Positions 13,695 through 26,955 of a DNA stretch of 64,000 bases are shown piece after piece (the stretch's first letter is position 1; the number at the start of each line of letters is the position of its first letter). The DNA comes from Octopus sinensis (Eukaryota): contig NC_042998.1 of assembly GCF_006345805.1 (NCBI RefSeq), positions 28,272,001 through 28,336,000 of the forward strand, in the 5' to 3' direction. The position numbers and the translations under genes were made by a program. A model generated the notes under the pieces. The model was not told the DNA's origin. It worked only from the letters and a program-made list of their open reading frames with translations, and searched no databases.

Positions 13695-14094
13695 TTTTAC
13701 TTGTTTCAGTCATTTGACTGCGGCCATGCTGGAGCACCGCCTTTAGTCGAGAACATCGACCCCGGGACTTATTCTTTGTAAGCCCAGTACTTATTCTATC
13801 GGTCTCTTTTGCCGAACCGCTAAGTGACGGGGACGTAAACACACCAGCATCGGTTGTCAAGCAATGCTAGAGGGACAAACACAGACACACAAACATATAC
13901 ACACACACACTTATATATATATACATATATACGACAGGCTTCTTTCAGTTTCCGTCTACCAAATCCACTCACAAGGCTTTGGTCGGCCCGAGGCTATAGC
14001 AGAAGACACTTACCCAAGGTGCCACGCAGTGCGACTGAACCCGAAACGATGTGGTTGGTAAGCAAGCTACTTACCACACAGCCACTCCTGCGCC
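13695..14094 (-). mobile_element. tRNA-derived SINE family 4 (internal (TA)/(CA)n)
   Basis: Minus head 'ggcgcaggagtggctgtgtggtaag...ccgggttcagtc', tail 'gcatggccgcagtcaaatgactgaaacaagtaaaag'. Confidence 0.9.
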
Positions 14095-14508
14095 CAACAT
14101 CTAAATACCTCAAGAAAAAATTGTCGATATTTCAAATGATATTTACACATTGTAGTACATATTCCTTGAATAGAAATTCATAAATGATCAACATTTGAAA
14201 AGTATATTAATACGTTAAGGGCATGTGATTGGATACCAAAAAGAAACTATGGGTCCTAGCGATGTCGGTCTGGATGTTCAATTTCTCAGTAGAAAGGGCA
14301 AAGAGCAAGTTGAATGCTTAAACCTAGTTACACAAAAGCTGGGGAGTTAACATATGAATTTTATTCTGGTTAGGGTAGTTAAAATCACTGACAGACCACG
14401 CTGAAAAGATTAGATAGAAAATGCCACTTTATCGAGAAGTAAGAATGTCTTGACTGCATGAGGAAATTTGATACATATAGATACATACACACATACATAT
14501 ACATGCCT

Positions 14509-14549
<41 letters not shown>

Positions 14550-14644
14550 ATTTTAATGGAGATTCTTATAGCAGCTGAAAGGAAATTTTTAACCCCTATT
14601 TCTAATTTCGGTATGTGGTGAAGCAGTTAGCTGAACTCCAATTA

Positions 14645-14703
<59 letters not shown>

Positions 14704-14734
14704 CGTAAACGACCTTTCCAGTGTCGTACATTAC

Positions 14735-15720
14735 TGCAAGTGAAAATATTCGCTGATGACACTAAGCTCCAGCAAATCGTCAATGAAGAAGCAGACCGAA
14801 CTCAACTCCAGTCTGATCTATATGCTGTGAGTCAATGGGCAGACAGAAACAAAATGCAACTGAATGAGGGAAAATTTGAGCTGATGCATTTTGGAAGAAA
14901 TTCCTCACTAAAACAACCATACTCTCTTCCTTCAGGGGGCCGCTCACAGCCTCTAACAATATCAGAGACCTGGGTGTAATTGTTGATGAGGATCTCAGTT
15001 GGAGTGCACACATCAACAAGAAGGTCGATATAGCTCGAAGGATGAGTTCCTGGATCTTAAGAACATTCCGGTCCAGAGAACAAGGTGTCATCATACCACT
15101 TTTTTCCTCCTTTGTACGGCCACACCTTGAATACTGCTGCCCACTGTGGTCTCCTCACACAAGACAAAACATCTCCAGAATTGAGTCACCCCAGAGGGTT
15201 CTCACTAAACAAATTGAAGGCATGGCTGCTCTCGATTATTGGGATCGCCTTAAAGCCTTGAAACTTTACTCCCTCCAGCGTCGCCGTGAGCGGAACATCA
15301 TTTGTACGATGTGGAAAATATACCGCCAACTTTGCCCAAACGACCTAAACATTAGCTTCAAGGTTCATCCAAGACTTGGACCACGGGCTATACGTCCCTT
15401 GCCCAATTCAAGATCACAACATACATGTACACTGCAACATAATTTCTTTTCCTCAACAGGCCCTGCCCTATTTAACATTGTCCCGAGGGAGATCAAAGAG
15501 GAAAAGGATCCCATCAACTTTAAACAGAGTCTGGATAGATTCCTTCAAAGAATACCAGATAAGCCACCCATAATTGGATACAACTCACCCAACAAGAACT
15601 CACTACTTGAACAAAACTGGATACAACTCACCCAACAAAAACTCACTACTTGAACAAAACTTGACTTAAACAGGATTCGAATAATCCTATCAGGTGGTGC
15701 TATTAAGTTAGACATGGCCT
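14735..15720 (+). mobile_element. 5'-truncated CR1/L2-group LINE (RT C-terminal half, frameshifted)
   Basis: KIFADDTK...LQSDL...FELMHFG; RDLGVIVD; RPHLEYCCPLWSPH; YWDRLKALKLYSLQRRRER; ~43-bp duplication at 15582-15663. Confidence 0.9.
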
Positions 15721-15774
15721 GGACCAATCTTTGGTCGAAACATATCTAAGTTTATATATATATATGTGTGTATA

Positions 15775-15978
15775 TAAGAATTTTTTGCGTAATGAGATAG
15801 AAGAAAACCAAGGTTGTATAGATATTGGACCATTTATTGATAGAATGTCTTACAGCTGTTTCTAGGATATTAATTAATAATATCCCTTCCTCGGAGACGG
15901 TGTGACAGCAAAAATTAAGTCATAGTTAGTTTCGATGTGATACAAATAGAAGCTAACTATGACCTAATTTTTCCTCTC
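15775..15978 (-). mobile_element. Short hammerhead-bearing PLE-type terminus between two (AT)n tracts
   Basis: Hammerhead at 15847-15898, ~70-nt tail to (AT)n, upstream hairpin 15911-15971. Confidence 0.6.
15847..15898 (-). ncRNA. Minimal type I hammerhead, non-canonical core (CCGAGGA, U4C)
   Basis: Minus: GTCT-CCGAGGA-AGGGATATT(ATTAATT)AATATCCTA-GAAA-CAGCTG-TA-AGAC. Confidence 0.6.
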
Positions 15979-16013
<35 letters not shown>

Positions 16014-17116
16014 ATATTCATACATACATATATACTCACACATATATAAGATAGAGAGTGTGGTGGCTGATTACACGTGGCTGAATATATACAGAAAGAA
16101 ATAAGCTGAAAAACCACAGTAGATTTGTTGTACAAGGCTAAAGAATATGTTAGAATCATCATAGCAAAAGTATTATAAAATAAAGTACAAAAAAAGATTT
16201 TTCTTCTAACATAATAACTGGTTTCGCTATCGCTTTACAAATTTGGTGTTTTGGATGCAATTCAGAATTAGACATTTTGTTTGCAAGGAGAGATAATTTT
16301 TAACCAAGGTATTTTTCAGTAAAGGGGAGGTAAGTCTGGATTATATCCCCTAAAATATATATTGCACGGTTTCATTTACTTTAATGTGTACCAACACCGT
16401 CTACAGTAGAAAGATGACTTAGATTTCTGTCTAACACCTATTTTCAAAAACCAAATTAGTGCACTTTAAATAATATTTTGTTATCTGTACAAATAAAATA
16501 AAAATTTATGAATCTGTATATTAATAGATGTAACCACTTTTCCCTTCACATTATCTATACGTACTGAGCCGCACTTGTTTCAAATTTACTTACTTGCTCG
16601 GCTGAATGCATTGTAGTTATATCAACAATATCGATGAATTCTGGAGTTGAAACGAGTCAAGCTGCTGAAAGGAAACGTTTATACTAAAGTCAACTGGGTA
16701 ATATCCGTTGAGGATATTAGCAATATTGAGGAAATATGCATCGTCAACAGAAGAGGATCAAGTGAGATCCGACTACCATAATTCACAATCGGTGAGAAGA
16801 AATGCACTTCTCAAAAGTGTAAATGATATCTTGTCAATGCTAGTGTTCGGTCTTCGCTAAAGGTAATTCTAATTCTACAGATTATTTTATCTAAAACAAA
16901 TTATTTTATTTATCTGTCTAAATCAGTTTTTCAAAGCTAATTTGACGATGAATGTTGGATAATAATAAAAAAAAAGACCCACGATTGTTAAAAGTTTTGT
17001 GACGACGAAAGATAGGATGAAGGAAGCGTTTCCAATTATAATAGTAACAACAACAACATCAGCAACAAAAACAGCAATAACATCAGCAGCAACAACAATG
17101 ATAATAATAACCTTTT

Positions 17117-17975
17117 CTACTAAAGGCACATGGCCTCAAATTTGGAGGGAGGGGACTAGCCGATTATATCGACACCAGTGTTTCACTGGTACTTGATGTA
17201 TCGACTCTAAAGGGATGAATGGTAAGGTCGACCTCGACGGAATTTGAACTCAGAACGTAGGGACGATTGACATGCTGCTAAGCATTTCGTCCGGTTTGCT
17301 AATGATTCTGCCAGCTCGCCGCCTTGATAATTATGATAATAATTATTTCTACTGGAAGCACAAGGCCTCAGATTTGTGGGGAGAGATTAAGTCGATTACA
17401 TCGACCCTAGTGCGCAAGTGGTACTTATTTAATCGCCCCCCGAAAGGATGAAAGGCAAAGTTGATCTCGGTAGAATTGGAACTCAGAACGTAAGGACGGA
17501 TGAAATACCTATTTCTTTACTACCCACAAGGGGCTAAATACAAAGACAGACATAAATACAAAGACAGGACGAACAAAGACAGACATTAAGTCTATTATAT
17601 CGACCCCAGTGCATAACTGGTACATAATTTATCGACCCCGAAAGGATGAAAGGCAAAGTCGACCTCGGCGAAATTTGAACTTAGAACGTGGCGGCAGACG
17701 AAATGCCGCTAAGCATTTCGCCTGGCGGGCTAACGTTTCTGCCAGCTCGCCGCCTCTAAGGACGGACGAAATACCTATTTCTTTACTACTCACAAACCAG
17801 GACAGACAAACGGATTAAGTCGATTATATCGACCCCAGTGCGTAACGTACTTATTTAATCGACCCCGAAAGGATGAAAGGCAAAGTCAACCTCGGCGGAA
17901 TTTGAACTCAGAACGTAGCGGCAGGCGAAATGCCGCTAAGCATTTCGCCCGGCTTGCTAACGATTCTGCCAGCTA
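17117..17975 (-). mobile_element. Cluster/concatemer of about five SINE family 3 units
   Basis: Repeated 'gaaaggatgaaaggcaaagtcgacctcggcggaatttgaactcagaacgt'. Confidence 0.9.
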
Positions 17976-18224
17976 ACCGGCTTAATAATTTTAAGAATAA
18001 CGATAAAATAATTGTAGGATCAATCAACATCGCCTTCAAATAAACTAAAAAAACTTGATGTGTTCTTTTAACTGTGGCAAGAACGAACCATTCTGAGTGA
18101 TTCAACTCTGCGAAGATTGGTTTTTAAGTATCATAACTCTGCAACCCACGTTTTGATATCTGCTATGAAACTTTACAGAAAGGTACAGATTGTTTATCCG
18201 TATTCTATGTATGTATTTGACCAA

Positions 18225-18682
18225 TGTTCTTAGCACATGTTCTACCCGCATGGTTCTTGGTCTCAAGGATTTGTCTTATGAAGAAAGGCTGAAGACGCTC
18301 GACCTTTATTCTCTACAAAAACGACGACGCCGTGGAGATCTCATTCTTGCTCACAACATCATAAGCCGAAAGTGTAACCTCTCGAAAGAGCTGTTCTTCA
18401 CTCCTGCTCCAGAGCGTCGGCTGCGGGGTCATTCCGAAAAACTCTATCTGCGACGATTTCATCTCAATCGAAGGAGAGGGGCTTTCTCCGTCCGGGTTGC
18501 TGATCCGTGGAATAAGCTGCCAAACGAGATGGTGAAGATGCCGACGACCGCTCGGTTCAAAGTCTCCCTTGACCTCAAGTGGCCTGACCTCTTTACGTGA
18601 ACACCACCCTGTACATAACTCCATGTCCCCCTACATGGCCTTGCTTTTTGCTTTTTGAGCCAAAAAATTAACTAACTAACAA
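18225..18682 (+). mobile_element. 3' end of a CR1-clade LINE
   Basis: GLKDLSYEERLKTLDLYSLQKRRRRGDLI...RGHSEKL...FSVRVADPWNKLP; ends in (AACT)n tail. Confidence 0.9.
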
Positions 18683-19084
18683 ACATTATGCATTTTCGTT
18701 TTTCCATAATGTTGTACAACTAGAATTCTTTCAGATACTTCATTTTTCGGACATTTCACGGATAGTATAATGATGATTTTTGTACACAACAGCACACATT
18801 CTTGCAGTGTAAGTATAGCTTTTAGGCGTAGGTGGCCATGCAAATTCAGGAGAGGTTTCATTAAATGTTCTCTATGATTTGAAGTGTTGTTACACTTCGT
18901 CACATTACGAGAGGTTCAAACAATCATTTCCGTGGGGCTGTTGAAGTATTAGAAAAGCTTCACATAAAAAAATCATATCTCTTCGCAATAATTCATTCTT
19001 CAATGTGCAACAGAGCGCCATTTATAATAAACATCCGTGTACTTTAGCGAATGTTGATCATTGACTAAATGACGAGGCAGGTTG

Positions 19085-19400
19085 AGACTGTTATTAGACA
19101 AAATATGTTTCTTTATTAGCCACACAGGGCTGCATACAGACGGGACAGATTAGAAAGTAGAGCTTTTCTTTTTGGGGAGAAAAAAAGTAGGGTAGGTTTT
19201 CGATCAAGAGGGATCGTAAAAGGGAAAGAAAAAACGATCAATAGGGATCGTGTATCACAGAAATGTCATGATGTGAAGTGTAAAGGGGGAAGCAGATAAG
19301 GTTTATCCGTGGACAGAAAAGCCTACGGCAAAGACCACGGTAACTTCGGTCAATAATGTCACATGTTAACACATTTGCTTGTAAGTAAGTAATCCTCTGT
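19085..19400 (-). mobile_element. Probable LINE 3' UTR fragment
   Basis: Ends (minus) 'gcagccctgtgtggctaataaagaaa', similar to the tails at 25741-25765 and of SINE family 3. Confidence 0.45.
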
Positions 19401-19904
19401 TTGAAATTTTTCCGGGTTCATAGGATTATGCTCAATGTGGCTTCGTCATTCATATGTGCCATCGTTATTAGACAAAATATGAAGCTTTGCTATGCACAGC
19501 TGTGCTGTTATACATAAGTATGCCGTGCTGATTGTTGAGGTTGCAATTAACAGTACCAGCAGAATTTTTGGAGAGATCTCAATTATGTATAATAGGAAAT
19601 TCACGTGAATCTTACATTCTAATCTATACAGATACATGTATATTCATATTCATATATAATTACATACATGAATATATATGCACACACACACACACACAAA
19701 CACACACATATACACACAATACATAAGTATTCAATATTTATTTATCTGTTTACATCTGATGAGCTCCCAATCGAGCAAATATCTATTAAGGCGTTCATCA
19801 CTTTTTCGATCGATCTTCTGAGAAGTAATACAATTTGACACATTTTCATATCTACCACTTGACTTTACGTATATATATATATATATATATTATATATGTA
19901 GGTA

Positions 19905-19953
<49 letters not shown>

Positions 19954-19959
19954 CTCTTA

Positions 19960-20190
19960 ATTTAACGTTGCTCTAGTTCACTCAGTTGTAGCAATGAGTT
20001 GTGACGTCACAGGTGCCAAGCTGTATCGGCCTTTGCCTTTCCCTTGGATAACATTGGTGGTGTGGAGAGGGGAGGCTGGTATGCATGGGCGACTGCTGGT
20101 CTTCCATAAACAACCTTGCCTGGACTTTTGCCTGGGAGGGTAACTTTATAGGTGCAATCCCATGGTCAGTGTCGTGACCGAAGGGGGTCT
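19960..20190 (+). mobile_element. SINE family 1, 5'-truncated
   Basis: High similarity to 2790-3010. Confidence 0.85.
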
Positions 20191-20270
20191 CAGAATATAT
20201 GTATATATATGTATATACATCTATACATATATATGTATATATGCATATATATATGTATATTATATATATG

Positions 20271-20326
<56 letters not shown>

Positions 20327-21099
20327 TATATATGTATGTTTGTATGTATGTATGTATATATATATATATAACCCACTTGATTTGTCATTGCAGCTTTTAA
20401 ATCTATACCACGTAACCGACCACTATATATAGCTTGAATTCACAACGCATTATCTCATTCTCACTGAGAAGATTCCGATACAAAGAGATCAAGATAAAAA
20501 CACAGCAGAAGATCAGAGATGTGTGATAATGAAGAAGATTAAAGACATCTGGTAATGAAGAAGATTAGAAATATCTGGTGATGAAGAAAACGGAGAGGCA
20601 GAAGGCGAACAAGAGGTATGTCAACAACTTGATTTCAAAATGAAACTGAAAATTAGAGAGAAGAATATTAGAACCATGCTCACAACAGTGACTGATAAGA
20701 ATAATGTGCCACACTTTTTCAAAGAATTGGTCTTCGAAGACAACGAACTGCACAAGATTATCAATGAAAATTGAGAACAAAAGAGGAGAAAAAAATTAAT
20801 TATTTCAGGCAAAGAAGACCTGTAGGTAGATTAGCAAATGAAACACGAAGAAAGAAATACACGAAAGGGAAATGAGAAAAGAAGAACCAGTGAAAGAATA
20901 CAATGGTTATCTTATCCCTCATTTCACAAATTATCACAAGCTGCAAAAGTTGAAACAAAAACGTGTTTAACCTCGAGTCATACAACAACGCTACGCTTCA
21001 TTTTTAAAAAAGAAAAGCGAACACTTTATTGTCTCTATTTATTTGACACAATTGGAAGACATTTGCACGAGCCGTTAAATATTCATTAGCAGCAATATA

Positions 21100-21328
21100 T
21101 TTCTTTATTACCCACAAGGGGTTAAATACAGAGAGCAAAAGACAAGGACAGACAAAGGGATTAAGTCGATTACATCGACCCCAGTGTGTAACTGGTACTT
21201 AATTTATCGTCCCCGAAAGGATGAAAGGCAAAGTCGACCTCGGCGGAATTTGAACTCAGAACCTAAAGGCAGACGAAATACCGCTATGCATCTCGCCCGA
21301 CGTGCTAACGTTTCTGCCAGCTCGCCGC
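21100..21328 (-). mobile_element. SINE family 3
   Basis: Full head, body and tail. Confidence 0.9.
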
Positions 21329-21913
21329 AATATACTGGTTACGAAGTATATCAAGGAACAAGAGTAATTTAATATTACTCCCCACTATCACCAAATCTCA
21401 CCTACTAAAGTATACTCAAAACGTGTCAGTGTAAGAGACCTTTCCCTCTGCATATCTCAAAATACTGAATTATCGACTAGGATCTATCGATCAACCTATA
21501 TCAAATTTGGTAAACTCTTGTTAAAAGATGATGTAAATTTGAATATGTTCTGTGTTTTAAAGATGTTATTGTAAACTACATTTGCTATCATTTTCAGAAA
21601 TAAGGTAAATATTGCTATAAACGGCATTCTATAAAATTGTGACAAATACAGTTATTGCTGTAAGCTGAAGACCGAATTCTAGTTTGAAATTTCCATAACA
21701 CTCTAAAAAAACACCTGCATTATAGTAGCAAATATAACGTTTCATGCTGCAACATATTTCATATTTTAATGTATAAATTTTTATGTACATCTATCTCTCT
21801 CTCATTCTCTCTCTCTCTTTCTCTCTCTCTCTCGCTATATACAAATAAATAGCTAGATAGATAGATGAGCAGATAAACATATATATATGTCTGCGTGTGT
21901 GTGTGTGTGTATT

Positions 21914-22257
21914 GAGGCGCAATGACCCAGTGGTAAGGGCAGCGGACTAACGGTCGTAGGATCGCAGTTTCGATTCCCAGACCGGGCGATGTGAGTGTGT
22001 ATTGAGCGAAAACACCTCAAGCTCCACGATGCTCCTTTCACCACAACTTTCTCTCACTCTTTCTTCCTGTTTCTCTTGTACCTGTATTTCAAAAGGCCAG
22101 CCCTGTCACACTCTGTGTCACGTTGAATCTCCCCGAGAACTACGTTAAGGGTACACGTGTCTGTGGAGTGCTCAGCCATTTACACGTTACTTTCACCAGC
22201 AGGCTGTTCTGTTGATCAGATCAACTGGAACCCTCGTCGTCGCAACCGGCGGAGGGC
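21914..22257 (+). mobile_element. tRNA-derived SINE family 2, tail type A
   Basis: Head 'gaggcgcaatgacccagtggtaagggcagcggact...gtttcgattccc', tail '...cgtcgtcgcaaccggcggag'. Confidence 0.9.
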
Positions 22258-22475
22258 AATGAAATATATATATATATATATAAGTTTATGATGTATATGT
22301 ATGTATATATATATATATGTAAAGTATTATAGCCATCTCAATATGGCTAATCACAAAGGGGAGTGTTATTGTAGCTTTTTAGCCCTAGGAGATCATCGTC
22401 TCCAGCTGGGATGGCTATAATACTTTACATTGTCGAGCGATTACTGTTTACATCTCGTTCTGAGATTTAATAATG

Positions 22476-22522
<47 letters not shown>

Positions 22523-22555
22523 ATATAATAATATATATATATAATATATATATAC

Positions 22556-22611
<56 letters not shown>

Positions 22612-23015
22612 AACACACACACACATAATGAGTATAATTATTGATGGATGACGCAAAATGCATAAAAACAATGACATGTAAATAAGCTCTTTTATTGCAA
22701 CCCTTGCAATATTGCAAAACATAATATGAAATGAAAAATTTAATCTATTCTGCATTGTACATTGATATGAATATTTTTGTGAATTGCAACATATACCTGA
22801 TAATATATTACGAACATTATTCTAAGCTGCAATATAGCTAGGTATTTTGTCAATGTAATATCGATTTGCTACCTGTATATTATAATGCCATAACAATTAT
22901 CATTTATATATGAATTGGAATGGGAGATATATAAGAAAATATATTTAAATATTCCGAATATATAAAGAAAAATTATTATATGTGCTTAAGAAAACACCAA
23001 CAGTGAATTACATAT

Positions 23016-23064
<49 letters not shown>

Positions 23065-23078
23065 AGTACACATACACT

Positions 23079-23512
23079 TACTCTTTTACTCTTTTACTTG
23101 TTTCAGTCATTTGACTGTGGTCATGCTGGAGCACCGCCTTTAGTCGAGCAAATCGATCCCAGGACTTATTCTTTGTAAGCCTAGTACTTATTCTATCGGT
23201 CTCTTTTGCAGAACCGCTAAGTTACGGGGACGTAAACACACCAGCATCGGTTGTCAAGCGATGTTAGGGGGACAACACACACACACACACACACACACAC
23301 GCACTATATATATATTATATATATATAATATATATATAATATATATATATATATACGACGGGCTTCTTTCAGTTTCCGTCTACCAAATCCACTCACAAGA
23401 CTTTGATCGGCCTAAGGCTATAGTAGAAGACACTTGCCCAAGGTGCCATGCAGTGGGACTGAACCCGGAACCATGTGGTTGATTAGCAAGCTACATACCA
23501 CACAGCCACTCC
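23079..23512 (-). mobile_element. SINE family 4
   Basis: Similarity to 13695-14094. Confidence 0.9.
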
Positions 23513-24949
23513 TCTGTCGCATATTCTTTTAATTCGAAAATCTCTACCAACCTTACTCGAACTTTACCATTTATCATTCTGATTCATCTGGTTTCAATAA
23601 ACAGTTTTCAATTTCATATTTTGTAGACGAGATCAAGTTACGATTGTAATACGTGTACGCAATACAAATTATATTTGTACAATGAAATAAACATAACACA
23701 GATAAAATATTCGGTTGCAGGATTTTAATTTTCAGTGTTATGGCTGACAAATGAGTAAGCAGAATTAGACTTTCACTCTCGAACAGTTAAAGGAATTCAG
23801 CAAACAAAATGTTGAAAGCAACCGTGTTAAATCAATAATGGATTCATAGCAACAATTGTCGTAACACACCGGGCTATGAATATGATATCCAAAAGATGAA
23901 CCCGAAGAGCTAAGTGCACAGATGTCTCATCTTGTAAATGGACACACACGAAGAATTGCTGCAGTCGAAGCTAAGTGAAGAATAAATTATTTGTGACAGA
24001 AGCAGTATTTATGCAAAAACATAATCTTTATCTCCAACTTAACATGGATGTTTTATTAGGCACCGAATACTGCGTTATTAGCCTTGAGCGATCCTCTCGT
24101 ATAGGCTTATGGAACATAAAAGCACACCAATAGATCGTAGCAGACGAGAATGGCCTGCCATGGTCGTTGGAATTCTCATATCACGTGATTTCATCCTACG
24201 GGAAATCATCAGTGGGAGGCGTTCGGTCAACGCATGCCAGTCACATCTCGCTCATACGATATATAGAATATTAACATCGTTTCAGACATTGTTGTGCATA
24301 GCCAGTAGGTCAATAAAAAAAGGTGATTATTGGCGCCGGAAACAGTAGTTATAGAGAAATGTTGAAACAAATATATTCCGTGAGTATTTGAACGTGAGAA
24401 AAGCCTATAGTTATGTTCTCTTATCTCACATAGCAATGAAAACAAACACTGTGAACATACCAACAATTCCATATGCAAACTGATTTAGCCAGTTTACCTA
24501 AATCCCTGATATCCGGGTGTTTATAAACAGTATGTTTATAAATAATCGAGAAAAGTATACGTTTACTGATAACTACTCAAATATGAATTGAATTAAAATG
24601 CGTGTATAACCTCTACCACGTTTCTCTCCACGCATATACATATTGTTGACAATCGTCGTAACATGGGGTGTTGGCCAGGAATCTATAGATATATTTTGTA
24701 GTACATTGTAATGATGGTAGCTCAACACTATCAGTCCATATGTCAGTATGTCGCTTATCCGATGCCAAGGATATTCACAAAACAGTTCTTGATACTTATT
24801 TGAAATGCTAGAGCCGATATATATGAACGCTTTTTGGCATGGTTAAATTGATTGCTGTTTACCAACACGTAACCTATGGATATGATTTATATCAATTTTA
24901 AGAGAAAATTTCAAAGCCGTGAATCCAGCAGACTTACGTAAGAAGGCAA

Positions 24950-25767
24950 AAAAGGCCGACAGAGAAAGAAAGTAAAAAGAAAGTGGAGCTACAAGTAAAA
25001 ATACCAGTTTCTCTGGAAGAAAAGGATTCGGAAATTCAGGTGGCCGAAGAAGAATCAGAGACTGTGTAGAGTGGAGGAGGAAAAGTGAGAGAACAGAAAA
25101 GCCAAAATAAAGGAAAGAAAGTTAAAGGAAACGGTGTATGGTATTACGTAACCTATCCGAAGAATATTGAAACAACGAAGAAAATACTCAAGTTCAACTA
25201 AATACTAAGAGGAAAGATACCAGCATACATCTATGCAGAGGATATGAAGGCGATAGTAATTGAAGGGGGAAGTTATAAGAGACTGCAAGAAATGTGTGGA
25301 GATAATATTGACCCATCAGGAATAAGGGTGGAATTCAAAGAATTGCCACCGGTAGTGGATTTAGTAGAAATCGAACCACTAATGAAATATTACTAAAAAG
25401 TAAATAAGTATGTCAAATCGACAGGAAAAAAGAAAAAGGAGAAAAAAAAGAAAAAGAAAGAGTAAGTGTTTTATGTTATGTTTAATAATATCGGAAAATA
25501 GAGGAACAATTTAGAGAACGTATAACGGTTCAAATAATTGTAATGGTAGACGATAATTAATTGCTAGTTAAATATATGATAAAAACGGACAGTTTAAAAA
25601 GATTAATGGTAATGCATGTGATGAGGGGCGCAGGCAGCCATTCATAACCCCATTATTGTATAATCATCTCATCGTATTCCTTCTATGTATTGTCCCCTCT
25701 GTGGTGTCCTGTCTGTCCTTGTTTGTCTCCCTCTATGTTTGGGCCCTTGTGGCTAATAAACAAACTT
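24950..25767 (+). mobile_element. TSD-bounded non-autonomous LINE derivative
   Basis: 17-bp direct repeat CTTACGTAAGAAGGCAA at 24933-24949 and 25768-25784; purine-rich decayed coding segment; tail 'ctgtccttgtttgtc...cccttgtggctaataaacaaa'. Confidence 0.6.
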
Positions 25768-26539
25768 CTTACGTAAGAAGGCAACGTCATAACATCAATG
25801 ATAAATGTAAAGATACTTGTAGTCGTTACACTGTGAACGAATCTACCGAGACTCTTCCATTATGACTAGTGTAAATTATAATCTTACATATCAGCCAACA
25901 GGGCATCACCTTATAATTGCTTCACCTCAGAGAAAAAACTGCAAAATCTACCTCAATTCGCACTCTACGGTCTAAAGAAAATCATCACAGGATGGTTACG
26001 GCAGAAACGCTTTTGATCATCACATGTCTTCCAGTCACTATTGAAAATAAGATTGTATATAATAAACTGGATATAACGCGGTTGAGCAGTGGATAACATG
26101 CTTGGTAAGAGATAACCTAGGATATGCAACAACGACATCAACAGCAGCAACATAGACAACTATCTGAATGTCTTAGATTTCTTCTAAATTTTGAACGGAA
26201 ACAGAAATAGGAGGTTCTGAACAGCATTGCAGTTAAAAAAAATAAATCACAATTTGATTTCGCTTTCAATATCTAATGACAAAATTTGATAACTCTTCAC
26301 GTTCATTTTGTTGAAATTTGACATAATAAATAATATTTTGTCACTTTTTATTAAACTTTCGCGTGTAGAAGCATTGTGTGCACTTGGGTATGTTATTAGA
26401 TCACGTTGGTTTAATGTTCTAATAATTCTCATAATTATAAAGTCCATCACACGAATGCAGCAATATATCTTGAATACGCTCTCCATTTCTATTTAAGATT
26501 TGTTGTTTTATCAAATTTTGAAATAATTAAATGAAAACA

Positions 26540-26544
<5 letters not shown>

Positions 26545-26590
<46 letters not shown>

Positions 26591-26764
26591 ATGTGTGTAT
26601 ATATATGTATATATATATGTATGTATTATGTATATATATATAATATATATATGTGTATATATGTATATATGTATGTATATATGTATATATGTATATATAT
26701 ATATATGTGTGTGTATATATGTATATATAATATGTATATATATGTATATATATGTATATATATG

Positions 26765-26803
<39 letters not shown>

Positions 26804-26955
26804 GTATATATATATGTATGTATATATATATGTATATATATATATATATGTGTGTATATATATATGTATGTATGTATATATGTATGTATGTATATATATA
26901 TATATATATATATAATATAATATATATATATATATGTATATATTATATATATATA
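26545..26955. repeat. (AT/GT)n compound microsatellite
   Basis: Direct reading. Confidence 0.95.

Noticed and set aside
19446-19637. Minus-strand ORF with a signal-peptide-like hydrophobic stretch
   Set aside because: No convincing start or splice context; hydrophobic runs are expected from AT-rich DNA
20460-21090. Purine-rich stretch looking like decayed coding sequence
   Set aside because: Multiple stops and no recognisable motif; cannot be assigned
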